A stretch of 62,254 nt of DNA, filler included, from Candidatus Nanoarchaeia archaeon (GCA_035290625.1; 3 parts of 3 records of this genome joined end to end with filler, not necessarily neighbours in it), one strand, 5' to 3'; shown: positions 9,324-19,998, counted from the first letter of the whole stretch. Translations and numbers: made by a program. The notes: generated by a model from the sequence alone, not told the origin.

Positions 9324-10259
9324 ATGGCTTTAGAAAAAACAGCAAACCCCCAAATCCGGGAATACAACGCTCTTTTTAAGGATCTCGTTTCAAAGAATGG
9401 CTGGAAAACCGATAATATCTATCACTTTGATCGAGGCTCTTGGAATGTATTTATGGACGCAACAAAAAAACTTGCCCCTCAATTGAAGGGAACCTACCTC
9501 TATCTTGCGTTTGCTGCAAATAAACTCTTCAGATATGCACAGGCAGTGCATGAATTCTCAGAGAGGGGCCTTGAAGCAGGCCCATCCTTTCTTGAGAAGC
9601 TGATAGGGTATCCAGCAGAACAACTGTGGCGCTTTAATCCTGAAGAGGCAGTCCTCAATGCAGGAATTGTGCAGAGCCCGCTTACAAATGTGCAGAAGGC
9701 GCTTGATTATATTATCCCGTTCCTTGAGGATGAAGTATTTGATTATGAGCCGCCTCTATTTCGGGATCGAAGGCATGAGGAAAAAGGAAATGATTTCTTC
9801 TCATTTAACTCAAAGACCGGATGGATCCAATACGCTGTCCCCCCCTTTACTCAATCAAACTCGCAGCAGGCATTAATTAGCTTTGGGCAGCAATTCGTGG
9901 TTAGCCAAGACGTCAAAGCAAAGGAATGCCCAGACGTTCCACAATCCCTGCTTCCCTTTGCGTCGCAGCAATTGGGATTATTTGCAAATCCAGCATCAGA
10001 TCCCGATTATTTTGAGAGTGAGATCCTCATTGCAGGCCTTGAGATAGGATCTCCCCCCATGTTCAACATTAACGTTTCTCCAGGCGATGCATTTGCAAAT
10101 CTAGCCAGAAACTATCAAAGGATACTGCAGTCTTTGGATATGCAACAATTACCTTCCAGCAAAACCGTTAAGGAATACGTTGAGAATTCAAAAGGCATTC
10201 TGGAGGCAAGCAAGCTTAAAGATGCCATCAGAAAAAGATTAACTGCTAAGAACAATTAA
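9324..10259 (+). CDS. Hypothetical protein
   Basis: 311-aa ORF with upstream TATA box; convergent with the RHS gene, stop codons overlap (TTAA). Confidence 0.7.
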   Translation: MALEKTANPQIREYNALFKDLVSKNGWKTDNIYHFDRGSWNVFMDATKKLAPQLKGTYLYLAFAANKLFRYAQAVHEFSERGLEAGPSFLEKLIGYPAEQLWRFNPEEAVLNAGIVQSPLTNVQKALDYIIPFLEDEVFDYEPPLFRDRRHEEKGNDFFSFNSKTGWIQYAVPPFTQSNSQQALISFGQQFVVSQDVKAKECPDVPQSLLPFASQQLGLFANPASDPDYFESEILIAGLEIGSPPMFNINVSPGDAFANLARNYQRILQSLDMQQLPSSKTVKEYVENSKGILEASKLKDAIRKRLTAKNN

Positions 10260-13200
10260 CCTCCGCCTCTTAGTAGGTTAAGCAAATGCAATAGCTTTTT
10301 TTTGTCATTTGGGTCTGTAAGGCCTAAACGTGTCGTAGATGGAGGCTCAGGGCTACTCGAAACCTGAGATGCTGGAACATTTGGTCTATCGCCAAGATGA
10401 TAACGATTTGCCCTTATTTCCCTTTCTGCGCCCCTCTGAGAAATAGTCCTTGGACCCGGGGTTGTGGGGCATCCTATGTTATGCACCAAAGCGCCATTCG
10501 CAAAGTAATTATGATCCCCCTTCACTTCAAGGTTATACGTCCTTACCTTTTCGTTAACTGTCTCAATATCAGTAACCTCAGTTGGAACAAGACTGCCGTT
10601 TTCAAGAACAAAGATTGTATCCCCGGGAGCTAGCAATTCAGCCGGCGTATATCCCTTTCCTGTAAAGAACAAATGATCCCCTGTAGTCTCGATCTGCTGG
10701 TTGCCATACTGCAGAATCAAATAAGAATTCCCCATCCCTCTAATAACCTCTGTCACAACGTTCTTGTTTTCCTGCTCTTGTGAAATAGAATAAGATTGAA
10801 TAATATCCCCAGCCCGCAGCTCTTCAATAGCCTTCTTCCCTTCAGAAGTCTCTACCTCAGTTCCAGCCAAGAAACTGCTGCAGCCAGCAAATGCGGGCCT
10901 GCGATTGAAAAAGTCCCCGGGTAATTCTCTAAAACTTCTGCCGAGATTCCTCATCGCACCCGAACCCCTCTCAGCCAGGTTCCTCACAAACGCCTTCGCT
11001 CCCTGCTTATACAGCGAAGAAACAGAACTTACTCCTCTGCCTGCTCCTCCGGTTACCAGACCTCCAGGACCGGAGAAAAGATTTCCCAAATAATCAGCAT
11101 AATTCCAGAATCCGTCGTCGCTTTGGAACTTAAAATAAGCATCTTCCACATCACGATACCATTCATCCCACTTCCAGGGAAGCATCTTTCCAGTATCATA
11201 TACTACTCCCTCAGCAATAGACAGCGCAATGTCAACCACCCAACTCTCGCATTTTTGAATTGTAGTCCAGGATTGGTATCCGATCACCTCTTTATTACAG
11301 GGGTTATAGTGTTCGAAAGGCGTTAGGTAATCGATTTCCTTTCCATGCTCATCAGTGCATTCTACACGGCAGCCTGGCTCCAGCATGACCTCATAAGGGG
11401 GGAATTCTTCAATAGAATCATCTCCAAACTCAGTATCAACATACTGCACACAGCAAATAAGCTGCTGGGCAGGAGACCAGCCAGGAATCATCTCTCCTCC
11501 CAATTCTCCGCATTGGAATTTTCTGCCAAGGCCCATGATGCGCAATTGGCCATCATAATCATTGAATCTTCCGCGATACTCTGTGCAATGGTCCTCGCAA
11601 ACCGGAAGGCCTGGATCCTGGCCCAAACAATCAGGACTGCCTGCGACAGCTGCCCCTGTGATGGCTAGCCCAGACCCAATCCAGTCCCCTGATAATCCGC
11701 TGCCAGCATCCTTCAGCTCTATCGCTCCGACAGACCCCAGCAATCCATCCAAGAAATCATCCGCAGCAATCTGGTCCCTTTGCGGAACAAGAGCCTCTAT
11801 CTCATCAGGGTGGTCTATAGCGCTAATCTCTCCGGTTTCATCTCTGGTTGCATAACTCTCCAACTCATCAATATAATCCTGATCAACGATTGAGTCATCA
11901 GGATACCTGATCGATCTCAGCTTATGAGGTGGCCCATAAGAAAATACATACTCATTGCCATTATCATCTACTCTGGTAATCTCCCCAAGCGCACTAAACT
12001 CCATCACTGCTGCAGAGCCATCCCTCCTGTCAGTAGAATCTATCCTGATGAGGGTATGATCCTCATCATACGTATAATCAACGGTTGCAAAAACAGCGCT
12101 TCCATCTGAAGACTCTGTTTGCCGAATCCCCCAAGGATAATAGGTATGCCTTACTTCTACATTGAAAACCCCCTCCCGAAGTTTAGTAATCCGTATTGGC
12201 CTGTCAATGCTATCCCATTCAAGGGCATATTCGTCGCCCCTTCTGTCAACCACATGTATAATCCTCCCAACACCATCATAAGAGACAGCGTATCCGTCAT
12301 AGTAGCTCACAGTATCCCCATCATACCGAATATCCCTTAGCCTTCCTCTGTCAGTCACAGAATCCAGTTGGTTATTAGCATACCTGCTTGCCAGCGTATC
12401 TGACCCATCATCATAATACACCAACCTGCCTGCATCATCACGCTCCATCTGAACGCTGCGTCTCACTTCTCCATCCACAATATACTCTGCAGCAGAAACC
12501 TCCCCAAACAGATCGTATTCAAGCATAATCTCGCTCACCAATTCGCCGTTGCTGAACGTCTTGTCCGAAACAACCTGGCCAATAAGGTTGAATGTTAACA
12601 CTTTTCTGATGCTTTCTCTCGTAACAGTCAACGTATGACTCGGCCTGTCGAGATCATAAGCAACACTATACTCTTCAGAGCCCCCGTAGGATCTTCTCTG
12701 AACCTCGCCATACGCACCCAGGCTTTCAATAATAGTATACCCTGTTGGCAGCGTCAATGTGCGGGAATCTAATGTTCTAGACATCTGATAAGCGCTATCG
12801 CCCCTCCCAACAGACTCAGGATCCTTAAACATGTCATCTGAATACTCCATAGAGTATGCAGTGGACTCTAAATACAAGACCTCTGGCTCATAATCCCTCG
12901 TGCCTTCTGATGATCCTATGCTGGCTGCATGAAGAAGCCCATCCGGCCCAATATCTGCCTGATAGGTATACCGAAGCCGGAATCCCGGCTGGTAAGGAAC
13001 AGAAAGCCGGAGCACATCTCCTGTGCCTTCAAAATAGACATCAGTTGCTCGCTCAGAGTTATCGTTAATAGACTCTTCTACACGCATATGCACAGGATCC
13101 GAATCAAAGTCATACGCATAGCTGGTATGGCTTGATGCAGATTGAACAGAAGTTGAAAAACCAAACTCATCATACTGGAATGAGCTCTCCACAGGGTAGT

Positions 13201-16200
13201 CTGTAGAAAGGAGCTGATTGAGGGGGTCATACGTATCAGAAATAAGAAGGTCCCCCCCATACCTTGATGCTGAAGGAAAAACTGCTTCTTGCTCATGTGC
13301 TTGCTCGTATACAAAGGATAACGATCTTGATGCAGTTGCTGCCCCATCCTGCTCATAAGAAACTCTCTGCTCAATCTCTCTCAGTTTATCATCATATCTG
13401 TACCCATAAACAATCCATCTCTCGCAGATGCCATCAGATGCCTCCGATGCATCGGCACAGGTTCTTATTTCTTCAATAAGATGATTGGGAGTATAAGCAT
13501 ACTCCTCCAGATAAAGCAGCGCTCCGCTGCCGCCATCCTCTTCCAGATATCTCTCAATAAGCAGTGTTCCAGGATCATACTCCAAAGAAACAATAATGTC
13601 GTCATCGGCAGCATCCTCAAAACCCGACTGCAGGATTCGCTGCGGCTTTCCTTTAAAGAAATCACTGTACTCGGTTGAGATCGCCAGAACGCCTTCCTGG
13701 TGCCGCTCAGACACAAGATTTTGATAATAAGGATCGCCCTCATGGCTGATATCATACTCAAATGAGAACCTTGATAATTCGCTTCCATCCTCCTTAGAGA
13801 AGATCTGTTCTTTAAGTAACCCTTTCCTTTCAGTGTCTGCGCCAAAGACGTAGGTAATAGAGCCCCTCCCCCGCTCTCGTACTCGTGTCGAAAAAACCAA
13901 ATCGCCGGAGCTATACGAAATCAGGTACGCAGCAGGATGGACACCATTGAATACTGTTACCCCAGAAACTCTATCGCCCGTATAAAAGAAGGAAGCCGTT
14001 CCGCCAAACTCGTTTGTTATCTGTGCCAGCCTGCCGTCTCCGTAATACCCGAAACTCAGCAGAGTTCTCCGTTGATCTCCTTCCAAACTCACCTGATCCA
14101 CGCCTGCCAGCATTCTGTTATATTGAAACTCATATCTTCTAACCACAGCTCCATTAGGGTCCGTCAATTCTACAGCATCGAGCACAGAGAAAGGAAATCC
14201 AGCGCCGTCCCTCAACACAGTTGTCCTGTACGAAAACACAGCAGCCCTCCCTACTTCATCAGTAATCCTCTTGAGATAAGAAATCTCTGCCTGATACCTC
14301 TGTTCATCCTTGTTTTCCAATGCATACACCTTATCCTCATACTCATAAGCAACTGCATTATTCCCAAACCGCATCTCGCTGATGTCCCACCTTCTCAGCT
14401 CTCCAACTGTTGTTTGATGGGCGAGGACGTATCTATGCCCATTGGTGAACTCAATAGACCAGGATCTCCCATCAAATCGTATTCTTGTATTCGGGTCATT
14501 ATACATATAATAAATTCCGTCCTGTCCAATCAACTGAAAATGATCTCCATCAAGGAAAAGAATGAATTGGCCAGGCTCATTTTCAATCATAAACGGCTTG
14601 TTAATAATCCAATCTCCCCCCATCTCAGATGGCAATTTGAGGTTTTTCCTGCTGTAAAACAAATCAAGGCTCAGGTTAAACGTAATTCCCTCTATTGAAA
14701 AGACATTCTCAGCCCTCTCCAACGCCCCCAAAAAGAGATTTACCCCCTCAAGAGCATCATCGCCATATGTCGCCTCCAAACCCAAACCGCAGCTCTCTGG
14801 AACGCATCCCTGGAGAGGAACAAGCGGATTCTCCAAATGCCCGACCCGAATCAGATTCTCAGAATCCCTGCTCATTCCCCCATTTCCCTGCCTCACAGTA
14901 AACATAAATTCAGGCCTTCCCTGAAGAAAGCCATCTTCCTGGTATTCCGCAGTCCAGATCGCCTCTGCTCTCCCATTCTGGACAATTGCAGAAGGCGCAG
15001 ACCCAACAGGCGCATTCCCCCAACCAAAGACACCTCTCTCAAAAATATGAAATTCGATCTCCTGATTCTCGCAATTCTCTGCCCCTGCAACAAGGGACAC
15101 AGCACTTCCCTCAAAAACATCTATAACATCTATGGTTGCTCCTGGCCTTCCTGCACCTTCCCACCTTGCAGAAACAAGCTCGCATTCACTTTCGGCCTGT
15201 TCAGGAGCCTCAAGCTGATATGCGGCAGGAGAAACATGAGAGGGTGCTCCTGGAAACTGCCTCTCACGATCAGCTTGTCGTACATCTGATGAAGGTGCTG
15301 CTCGCGTGGCCGGCCGGCCGGAAGGTTGCCGATCCGGACTACTCGGACCTGTTGCCTGGACTCGAGACTCTGGGCTCGTTGAAGGCGTTGCAGGAGCTTG
15401 AGGCTGGCTAACTGGGCTTGCGCTTGTTGAAGGTGATTCCGGAACTGGAGCCTGGGCCGGGTTTGCCTCAGTTTCAGGAGCAGGCCGTGATACCTCCTGC
15501 GTTGCAGGAGCTTGCGGTTGCTGTGTTTGGAGTTCTCGCTGCCTCGGCCTTTCTCCGCAGCAGCTCTTGCCTGAGAAAGCTCCGCAGCTGTACGAGTACT
15601 CAAACTCATTGGAAGTGCACGCTGTCGGACTGCACCGGTATGCAAGATTCCTGGTAATGCCTTGCCGCTCGCATTCAGTGATCGCTTCCTGGATATCGAG
15701 AGAAGCGCTACTAATGAATTTCTGGGTTGGTGTTATTGTAGATGAAGGAACCGCAGGAACAAGAGCAAAACCATAGGGATTTGCAACCCTTGTAACATCA
15801 ATGCTATAGCTGGCAGGAGAATCCCGATCAAGAGTTACCCTTACTTTATTTTCTCCAAATTGAATGAATGGTCTTATACTATTTGCCGTAAGGCTGCCTG
15901 CAGGCTTCCCTGTTAAAGGATAAATCTCAACATCAATGTTGTCTCCAACAACATCAACAACATCAAGGTTAAGGAGGATCCTGTTAAACTCAGGGATCTG
16001 CTCAAAGAAAACCAGCCCAATGCATCTCTGGCCTTGGCTGTTCATGCAGAGGTTTGCCGCATTCTGCTCTGTAAACTCTGAATCAGGCCTTGCCTCAAAT
16101 ACATAAGCGAGTCTTGCGCTCGGCTCAGCCAGGCTAGGAACAGCAAGGAGGCTCATAATTCCAAAAACAAACATGCTCGCAAGCCAAGTCAGCAGAATTC

Positions 16201-16231
16201 CCCGTATTGAGACCTGAAAGCAGTCTTTCAC
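10256..16231 (-). CDS. Secreted RHS/YD-repeat protein with C-terminal Hint (PT-HINT-type) domain, polymorphic-toxin-like
   Basis: Signal peptide, Pro/Ser linker, many Y.YD..GR-type repeats, Hint SFLAGTEV...IEELRAGD...TT.DH.F...TYNLEV.GDHNYFANGALVHN (10478-10876), 73-aa C-terminal tip. Confidence 0.85.
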   Translation of the reverse strand: MKDCFQVSIRGILLTWLASMFVFGIMSLLAVPSLAEPSARLAYVFEARPDSEFTEQNAANLCMNSQGQRCIGLVFFEQIPEFNRILLNLDVVDVVGDNIDVEIYPLTGKPAGSLTANSIRPFIQFGENKVRVTLDRDSPASYSIDVTRVANPYGFALVPAVPSSTITPTQKFISSASLDIQEAITECERQGITRNLAYRCSPTACTSNEFEYSYSCGAFSGKSCCGERPRQRELQTQQPQAPATQEVSRPAPETEANPAQAPVPESPSTSASPVSQPQAPATPSTSPESRVQATGPSSPDRQPSGRPATRAAPSSDVRQADRERQFPGAPSHVSPAAYQLEAPEQAESECELVSARWEGAGRPGATIDVIDVFEGSAVSLVAGAENCENQEIEFHIFERGVFGWGNAPVGSAPSAIVQNGRAEAIWTAEYQEDGFLQGRPEFMFTVRQGNGGMSRDSENLIRVGHLENPLVPLQGCVPESCGLGLEATYGDDALEGVNLFLGALERAENVFSIEGITFNLSLDLFYSRKNLKLPSEMGGDWIINKPFMIENEPGQFILFLDGDHFQLIGQDGIYYMYNDPNTRIRFDGRSWSIEFTNGHRYVLAHQTTVGELRRWDISEMRFGNNAVAYEYEDKVYALENKDEQRYQAEISYLKRITDEVGRAAVFSYRTTVLRDGAGFPFSVLDAVELTDPNGAVVRRYEFQYNRMLAGVDQVSLEGDQRRTLLSFGYYGDGRLAQITNEFGGTASFFYTGDRVSGVTVFNGVHPAAYLISYSSGDLVFSTRVRERGRGSITYVFGADTERKGLLKEQIFSKEDGSELSRFSFEYDISHEGDPYYQNLVSERHQEGVLAISTEYSDFFKGKPQRILQSGFEDAADDDIIVSLEYDPGTLLIERYLEEDGGSGALLYLEEYAYTPNHLIEEIRTCADASEASDGICERWIVYGYRYDDKLREIEQRVSYEQDGAATASRSLSFVYEQAHEQEAVFPSASRYGGDLLISDTYDPLNQLLSTDYPVESSFQYDEFGFSTSVQSASSHTSYAYDFDSDPVHMRVEESINDNSERATDVYFEGTGDVLRLSVPYQPGFRLRYTYQADIGPDGLLHAASIGSSEGTRDYEPEVLYLESTAYSMEYSDDMFKDPESVGRGDSAYQMSRTLDSRTLTLPTGYTIIESLGAYGEVQRRSYGGSEEYSVAYDLDRPSHTLTVTRESIRKVLTFNLIGQVVSDKTFSNGELVSEIMLEYDLFGEVSAAEYIVDGEVRRSVQMERDDAGRLVYYDDGSDTLASRYANNQLDSVTDRGRLRDIRYDGDTVSYYDGYAVSYDGVGRIIHVVDRRGDEYALEWDSIDRPIRITKLREGVFNVEVRHTYYPWGIRQTESSDGSAVFATVDYTYDEDHTLIRIDSTDRRDGSAAVMEFSALGEITRVDDNGNEYVFSYGPPHKLRSIRYPDDSIVDQDYIDELESYATRDETGEISAIDHPDEIEALVPQRDQIAADDFLDGLLGSVGAIELKDAGSGLSGDWIGSGLAITGAAVAGSPDCLGQDPGLPVCEDHCTEYRGRFNDYDGQLRIMGLGRKFQCGELGGEMIPGWSPAQQLICCVQYVDTEFGDDSIEEFPPYEVMLEPGCRVECTDEHGKEIDYLTPFEHYNPCNKEVIGYQSWTTIQKCESWVVDIALSIAEGVVYDTGKMLPWKWDEWYRDVEDAYFKFQSDDGFWNYADYLGNLFSGPGGLVTGGAGRGVSSVSSLYKQGAKAFVRNLAERGSGAMRNLGRSFRELPGDFFNRRPAFAGCSSFLAGTEVETSEGKKAIEELRAGDIIQSYSISQEQENKNVVTEVIRGMGNSYLILQYGNQQIETTGDHLFFTGKGYTPAELLAPGDTIFVLENGSLVPTEVTDIETVNEKVRTYNLEVKGDHNYFANGALVHNIGCPTTPGPRTISQRGAEREIRANRYHLGDRPNVPASQVSSSPEPPSTTRLGLTDPNDKKKLLHLLNLLRGGG

Positions 16232-16288
16232 AGCCTCTTTATTCGAATATACCTATATATAATTATCGTTGCCCGCAGGCCAGAAACC

Positions 16289-16834
16289 CTACCCCCTCAA
16301 AAACTCATGCCCAAACTTCTTCCTCTGCCTCTCCAGCCAGCTATAGACGCTCGCATGGGAATTGCCTTTCAGCAGATTCTCAATAGCCCGTCTCGCCAAT
16401 GTTACGTTCTCAGCCCGTCCGATGATGCATATCGTCTTGCCATACACAGAAATCTGCGAATCAGTCAGTGTCTCAATTGTTTCCCGGCATTTTCCCTTCT
16501 CCCCAATAACCCTTCCTCTGGCCCTGGCAAGGCCGTTCTTGCTGAACTCCCCAAGGGAAATCACATCCAATACATAATCCTGCTTGAACAGCTGCATCGC
16601 AGTATCAGGATTAAATCCCCTGCCAATGGCCCGGACAACCTCAAGCATTGTGAACAGGGCAAGCGCATCCTCTCCCTTCAGCAGGCAGTCTCCTTCCTCC
16701 GAGTCCACATCTATCTTGACTTCAGCAGTGCTCTCCAGCCTTTTCTTTACCTCTCCATTCTTCCCGATAAGCACAGCTACGCGATCCTTAGGTATCTTCA
16801 GTTCATACACATATTCTGCCATAGTCAGCTGCAA
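16289..16834 (-). CDS. KH-domain ribosome biogenesis protein (Dim2/Pno1/Krr1 family)
   Basis: IPKDRVAVLIGKNG, AIGRGF, GRVIGEKGK, ISVYGKT; adjacent to rio1. Confidence 0.92.
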   Translation of the reverse strand: MQLTMAEYVYELKIPKDRVAVLIGKNGEVKKRLESTAEVKIDVDSEEGDCLLKGEDALALFTMLEVVRAIGRGFNPDTAMQLFKQDYVLDVISLGEFSKNGLARARGRVIGEKGKCRETIETLTDSQISVYGKTICIIGRAENVTLARRAIENLLKGNSHASVYSWLERQRKKFGHEFLRG

Positions 16835-16848
16835 ACCCCCTATTATTT

Positions 16849-17571
16849 TTAAATGTTACATCGCTCAACAATCCGCATAAGTCTCTTTACGATTCTCTCC
16901 TGGTCGCTCTTGACCCCGAGCTTCTCAAAATAGCTGCAAATATTTCTCACATCTCGCCTGAGAAACTCCCAAAACCGCGGGTTCTTCACCCCCGTGCAAT
17001 GCGAGAAATCAATAAACACAGGCCGTTCATGGTAATTCAGCACATTAAACGCAGATAAATCTCCATGCACAAATCCAAGAGCAGCAAGCCGCTCTATGTC
17101 CTTTAAGGTCTCCCTGAAAAAAATAGCCGGATGCCCTGGAATAGCGTGCTTCAGCTTCGGGCTGGCTTCCGAATTCCCAATAAAGCTCATCACAATCACA
17201 TTGTTTGCAAAAGCCAGCGGAACCGGAGCCTCAACACCCGCTTCCCTTGCCTTCAGCAGGTTCTTGAATTCCCTTCTGCACCACGCAAAGATGACGTGTC
17301 TCCTGCTTCTCCTGAGATTCTCGAATCTTGGATCGCCCTGGATGTACTCAAACATCCTGTTGAAATCCGCATTCTCCAGCCTATAGATCTTCAAAATGAC
17401 TTTTTCGTCCCCTTTTGCAGCAACAAATACGTTCGCTTCCTTTCCCATAGAGACCGGGCCAATCAGGCCGTCAAAATTGCCCTGTGAAAGCAGCTTAAAG
17501 ATGGTCCGATTCGTGAACGCATCAAACACAGTATGCTCAGTCTTGAATTTCTCGCGTGTTATCCGTGCCAT
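16849..17571 (-). CDS. rio1: RIO1-family serine/threonine kinase
   Basis: GKEANVF, KIYR, W..REF.NL, HGDLSAFN, IDFS motifs. Confidence 0.95.
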   Translation of the reverse strand: MARITREKFKTEHTVFDAFTNRTIFKLLSQGNFDGLIGPVSMGKEANVFVAAKGDEKVILKIYRLENADFNRMFEYIQGDPRFENLRRSRRHVIFAWCRREFKNLLKAREAGVEAPVPLAFANNVIVMSFIGNSEASPKLKHAIPGHPAIFFRETLKDIERLAALGFVHGDLSAFNVLNYHERPVFIDFSHCTGVKNPRFWEFLRRDVRNICSYFEKLGVKSDQERIVKRLMRIVERCNI

Positions 17572-17622
17572 ATCCTTGAAATGACGCTCTCCTTTTTAAA
17601 GCATTCCGTCTTCTCATCATGC

Positions 17623-18408
17623 ATGGAGAGCGAAAAATTGATGCAGATCTTTGCAACTGTAGCTGCTGAGCCGAGGTATTTTTTAGCGAGGTATATCCTA
17701 GATCCGCATACCCCTCTTACCGCTGCAGAAATAAACAAGGAAATTGAAGCAGCATACCCTGATATCTATCACACCTTCTTTGCTCAGCGTTCCTTATCCT
17801 ATGCTTGGAACCTTTGTGCCAAGGGAATGGCCTCAATAGGCTTGGTTTCCAAAACCACAAAGCCTGCCTCTGTATTTTGGGAAAAGGAAGAGATAGATGC
17901 AGCTGCGGTCAGGGCAACCCCTCTGGTCAATGAGCTTGAACCATGGGTTCATGATTGGTGGGGCAAAGAGATTACATTGAACTTCCATGCCTCTGCTTTT
18001 CTCACCTATCCCCGCTCAGAAAAGAAAGAGGCTATCTACTATCGCGCTCTCATGCTTTACCTGCTGTCAAAAAACCCAACCATGGCCATCAGAGACATTT
18101 CTGAAGAACTCTATCCAATCTATAAACGAGTAACTCATCAGAAGCGTAAAAATGGGAAAATAGCCCGTTCTCCAGTATACACCCATTTCCATGTTTACAG
18201 GCACATGCGCGCTCTCGAAGACCTTGGTGCAATAGCCCTAAAAGGCGAGGGAGCACAAACATACTCAGATAAGCAGGTCACGCTAAAGGATTTGGGGGAG
18301 TATGTATCAGAAGAATTCATCAGCCCTGTTTTTGAGAAGGAGCCAAAGAACAGAAAATTCTATCGGTCTCAACTCTTTGAACTCCTTCATATGCACTACA
18401 CCGGCTAA
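17623..18408 (+). CDS. Hypothetical protein, possibly with winged-helix domains
   Basis: In-frame ATG at 17623; MAIRDISEEL...VYRHMRALEDLGAI resembles a wHTH. Confidence 0.55.
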   Translation: MESEKLMQIFATVAAEPRYFLARYILDPHTPLTAAEINKEIEAAYPDIYHTFFAQRSLSYAWNLCAKGMASIGLVSKTTKPASVFWEKEEIDAAAVRATPLVNELEPWVHDWWGKEITLNFHASAFLTYPRSEKKEAIYYRALMLYLLSKNPTMAIRDISEELYPIYKRVTHQKRKNGKIARSPVYTHFHVYRHMRALEDLGAIALKGEGAQTYSDKQVTLKDLGEYVSEEFISPVFEKEPKNRKFYRSQLFELLHMHYTG

Positions 18409-18588
18409 GGTGAAAAAGTCTGGCTAAAATTCTATGCATGGCATCTCCAAGCTACTGATAGCTAAAGTGTACAGATTAAAGATTGAAAGAGAGATCCATG
18501 ACAATAAAAGTACTGAGAGGGCTATTGAAAGATGGTAAGAAGTGTTTGTAAAATGCAAGGTTAATATCACTAAATTATCCGGTTCACT

Positions 18589-19998
18589 CTAAATCTCCTC
18601 AAATAACCTCCCAATTTCCTTCAAATCCAGATGTATTGCATTTATCTCTGTTATCCTTTCTGATGCTTTATCTGTGAATCCATTTTTTGAAATGAATAAG
18701 AATGTATATTCTCCTGTGAAATTAATAAATTTGGATTTTCTCATAAGGTCATCAACAACGCTTATATCTGCTGGGTCATTAGTCCATTTGACCTCGCCCA
18801 CCAATATTCTTCTAGTTTTGCGATTATATCCAACAATATCTATCTCTTCTCCAGTTCTGTTCCACCAGCTGCCAATATTCTCAAAATCTATAATATGGCC
18901 ATTTAATCCTTTGTTTATGTATCCGATAAGCAATTCTTTGCATATTTCTTCAAATACTCGTCCAGTATGGGCATTAAGATTTTCTTTTATATCCTCCTCT
19001 GCAATCTTAATGTTGCCTAAATTTAGGGCAGTTTGGTTTGGGAATATGAATTTATACCAAAAGTTAAAGAAGTTATCTTTTAAGCCATACCTGCCAAGCC
19101 GTTCCTGGCCTAGTACTGGGTCTTTTCTTCCAAGCAGCTCTAGCAGTTCATCCAATCTTTTGATATATGCCGGCAGAGTATTTGTGTCTATCCCTGTAAA
19201 ATCTCCTATCTCTTTGACATTTTCTTTGCCTGCAGATGCCGCCTGGAGAATGGAGTTATATTTGGCGTGTATTCTTACATTCTCGTATTCTATCAGGTTT
19301 TTTGGTTCTTCAAATAATTCAGCGCCTTTTTTTAATAAAAGTTCAAATATTTTTTTGTGTATGTTCCCCTCTGTCTTTTTGACTTTTTCAAGATAGTAGG
19401 GTGTTCCTCCAAATACTGCGTAAGTGATTATTCTTTCTTCCTCACTTAATTCTTTAAACATTAATCTAAAATCAGCATATTTGAAAGGAGATATTTTTAT
19501 TCTTGTTGCCCCCCCATATAATGCTCCCGCCTTGCTATTAGTTATCTTTTGTATCATCCCGATTGATGAACCAACCAGTATAAGCATGATTTTCTTATTC
19601 TTTAATTTTTGATCCCAATGGTTTTGTAATTGTGTTATGAATTGAGGTGAGACTTCGAGGAATCTTTGAAACTCATCAATCACCAAAACAAAGCTGTTTT
19701 CTGATTTTAATGCAATGAAATCTAAAAAGTCATTGAAATCTGCAAATTTTCTTGTTTCGCCTAACTGTTCCTGCACTGTTTTGGAAATGGAATCCAATAT
19801 CCCCTGTTTTTCTACTAAATCCACGTAAAAATACATTTTGTTTTCAGGAATTGATTTGATGAATTGTCTTATGAGCTCGGTTTTACCCACTCTTCGCCTG
19901 CCATATACAACGAACATTTTGCCAGACTGCAAATTAGCAAATTCTTCTTTTAGCAATTTGATCTCCTGTTTTCTATCGTAAAATGTTCGGGTTTCCAC
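18589..19998 (-). CDS. Archaeal ATPase (AAA + wHTH + DUF234/PD-(D/E)xK C-terminus)
   Basis: FYDRKQE, YGRRRVGKT Walker A, VIDEFQ Walker B, GGTPYY, WW...EEIDIV...GEVKW; AT-rich. Confidence 0.9.
   Translation of the reverse strand: METRTFYDRKQEIKLLKEEFANLQSGKMFVVYGRRRVGKTELIRQFIKSIPENKMYFYVDLVEKQGILDSISKTVQEQLGETRKFADFNDFLDFIALKSENSFVLVIDEFQRFLEVSPQFITQLQNHWDQKLKNKKIMLILVGSSIGMIQKITNSKAGALYGGATRIKISPFKYADFRLMFKELSEEERIITYAVFGGTPYYLEKVKKTEGNIHKKIFELLLKKGAELFEEPKNLIEYENVRIHAKYNSILQAASAGKENVKEIGDFTGIDTNTLPAYIKRLDELLELLGRKDPVLGQERLGRYGLKDNFFNFWYKFIFPNQTALNLGNIKIAEEDIKENLNAHTGRVFEEICKELLIGYINKGLNGHIIDFENIGSWWNRTGEEIDIVGYNRKTRRILVGEVKWTNDPADISVVDDLMRKSKFINFTGEYTFLFISKNGFTDKASERITEINAIHLDLKEIGRLFEEI

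Noticed and set aside
10478..10876. Hint domain as a classical intein in a housekeeping gene
   Set aside because: No endonuclease, the +1 residue is Ile rather than Cys/Ser/Thr, and the context is an RHS protein; fits a toxin-type Hint
13937..14698. Long antisense ORFs (e.g. 13937-14698, 23175-23786, 29770-30432, 35744-36499)
   Set aside because: Shadows of well-supported genes on the opposite strand, with no motifs of their own
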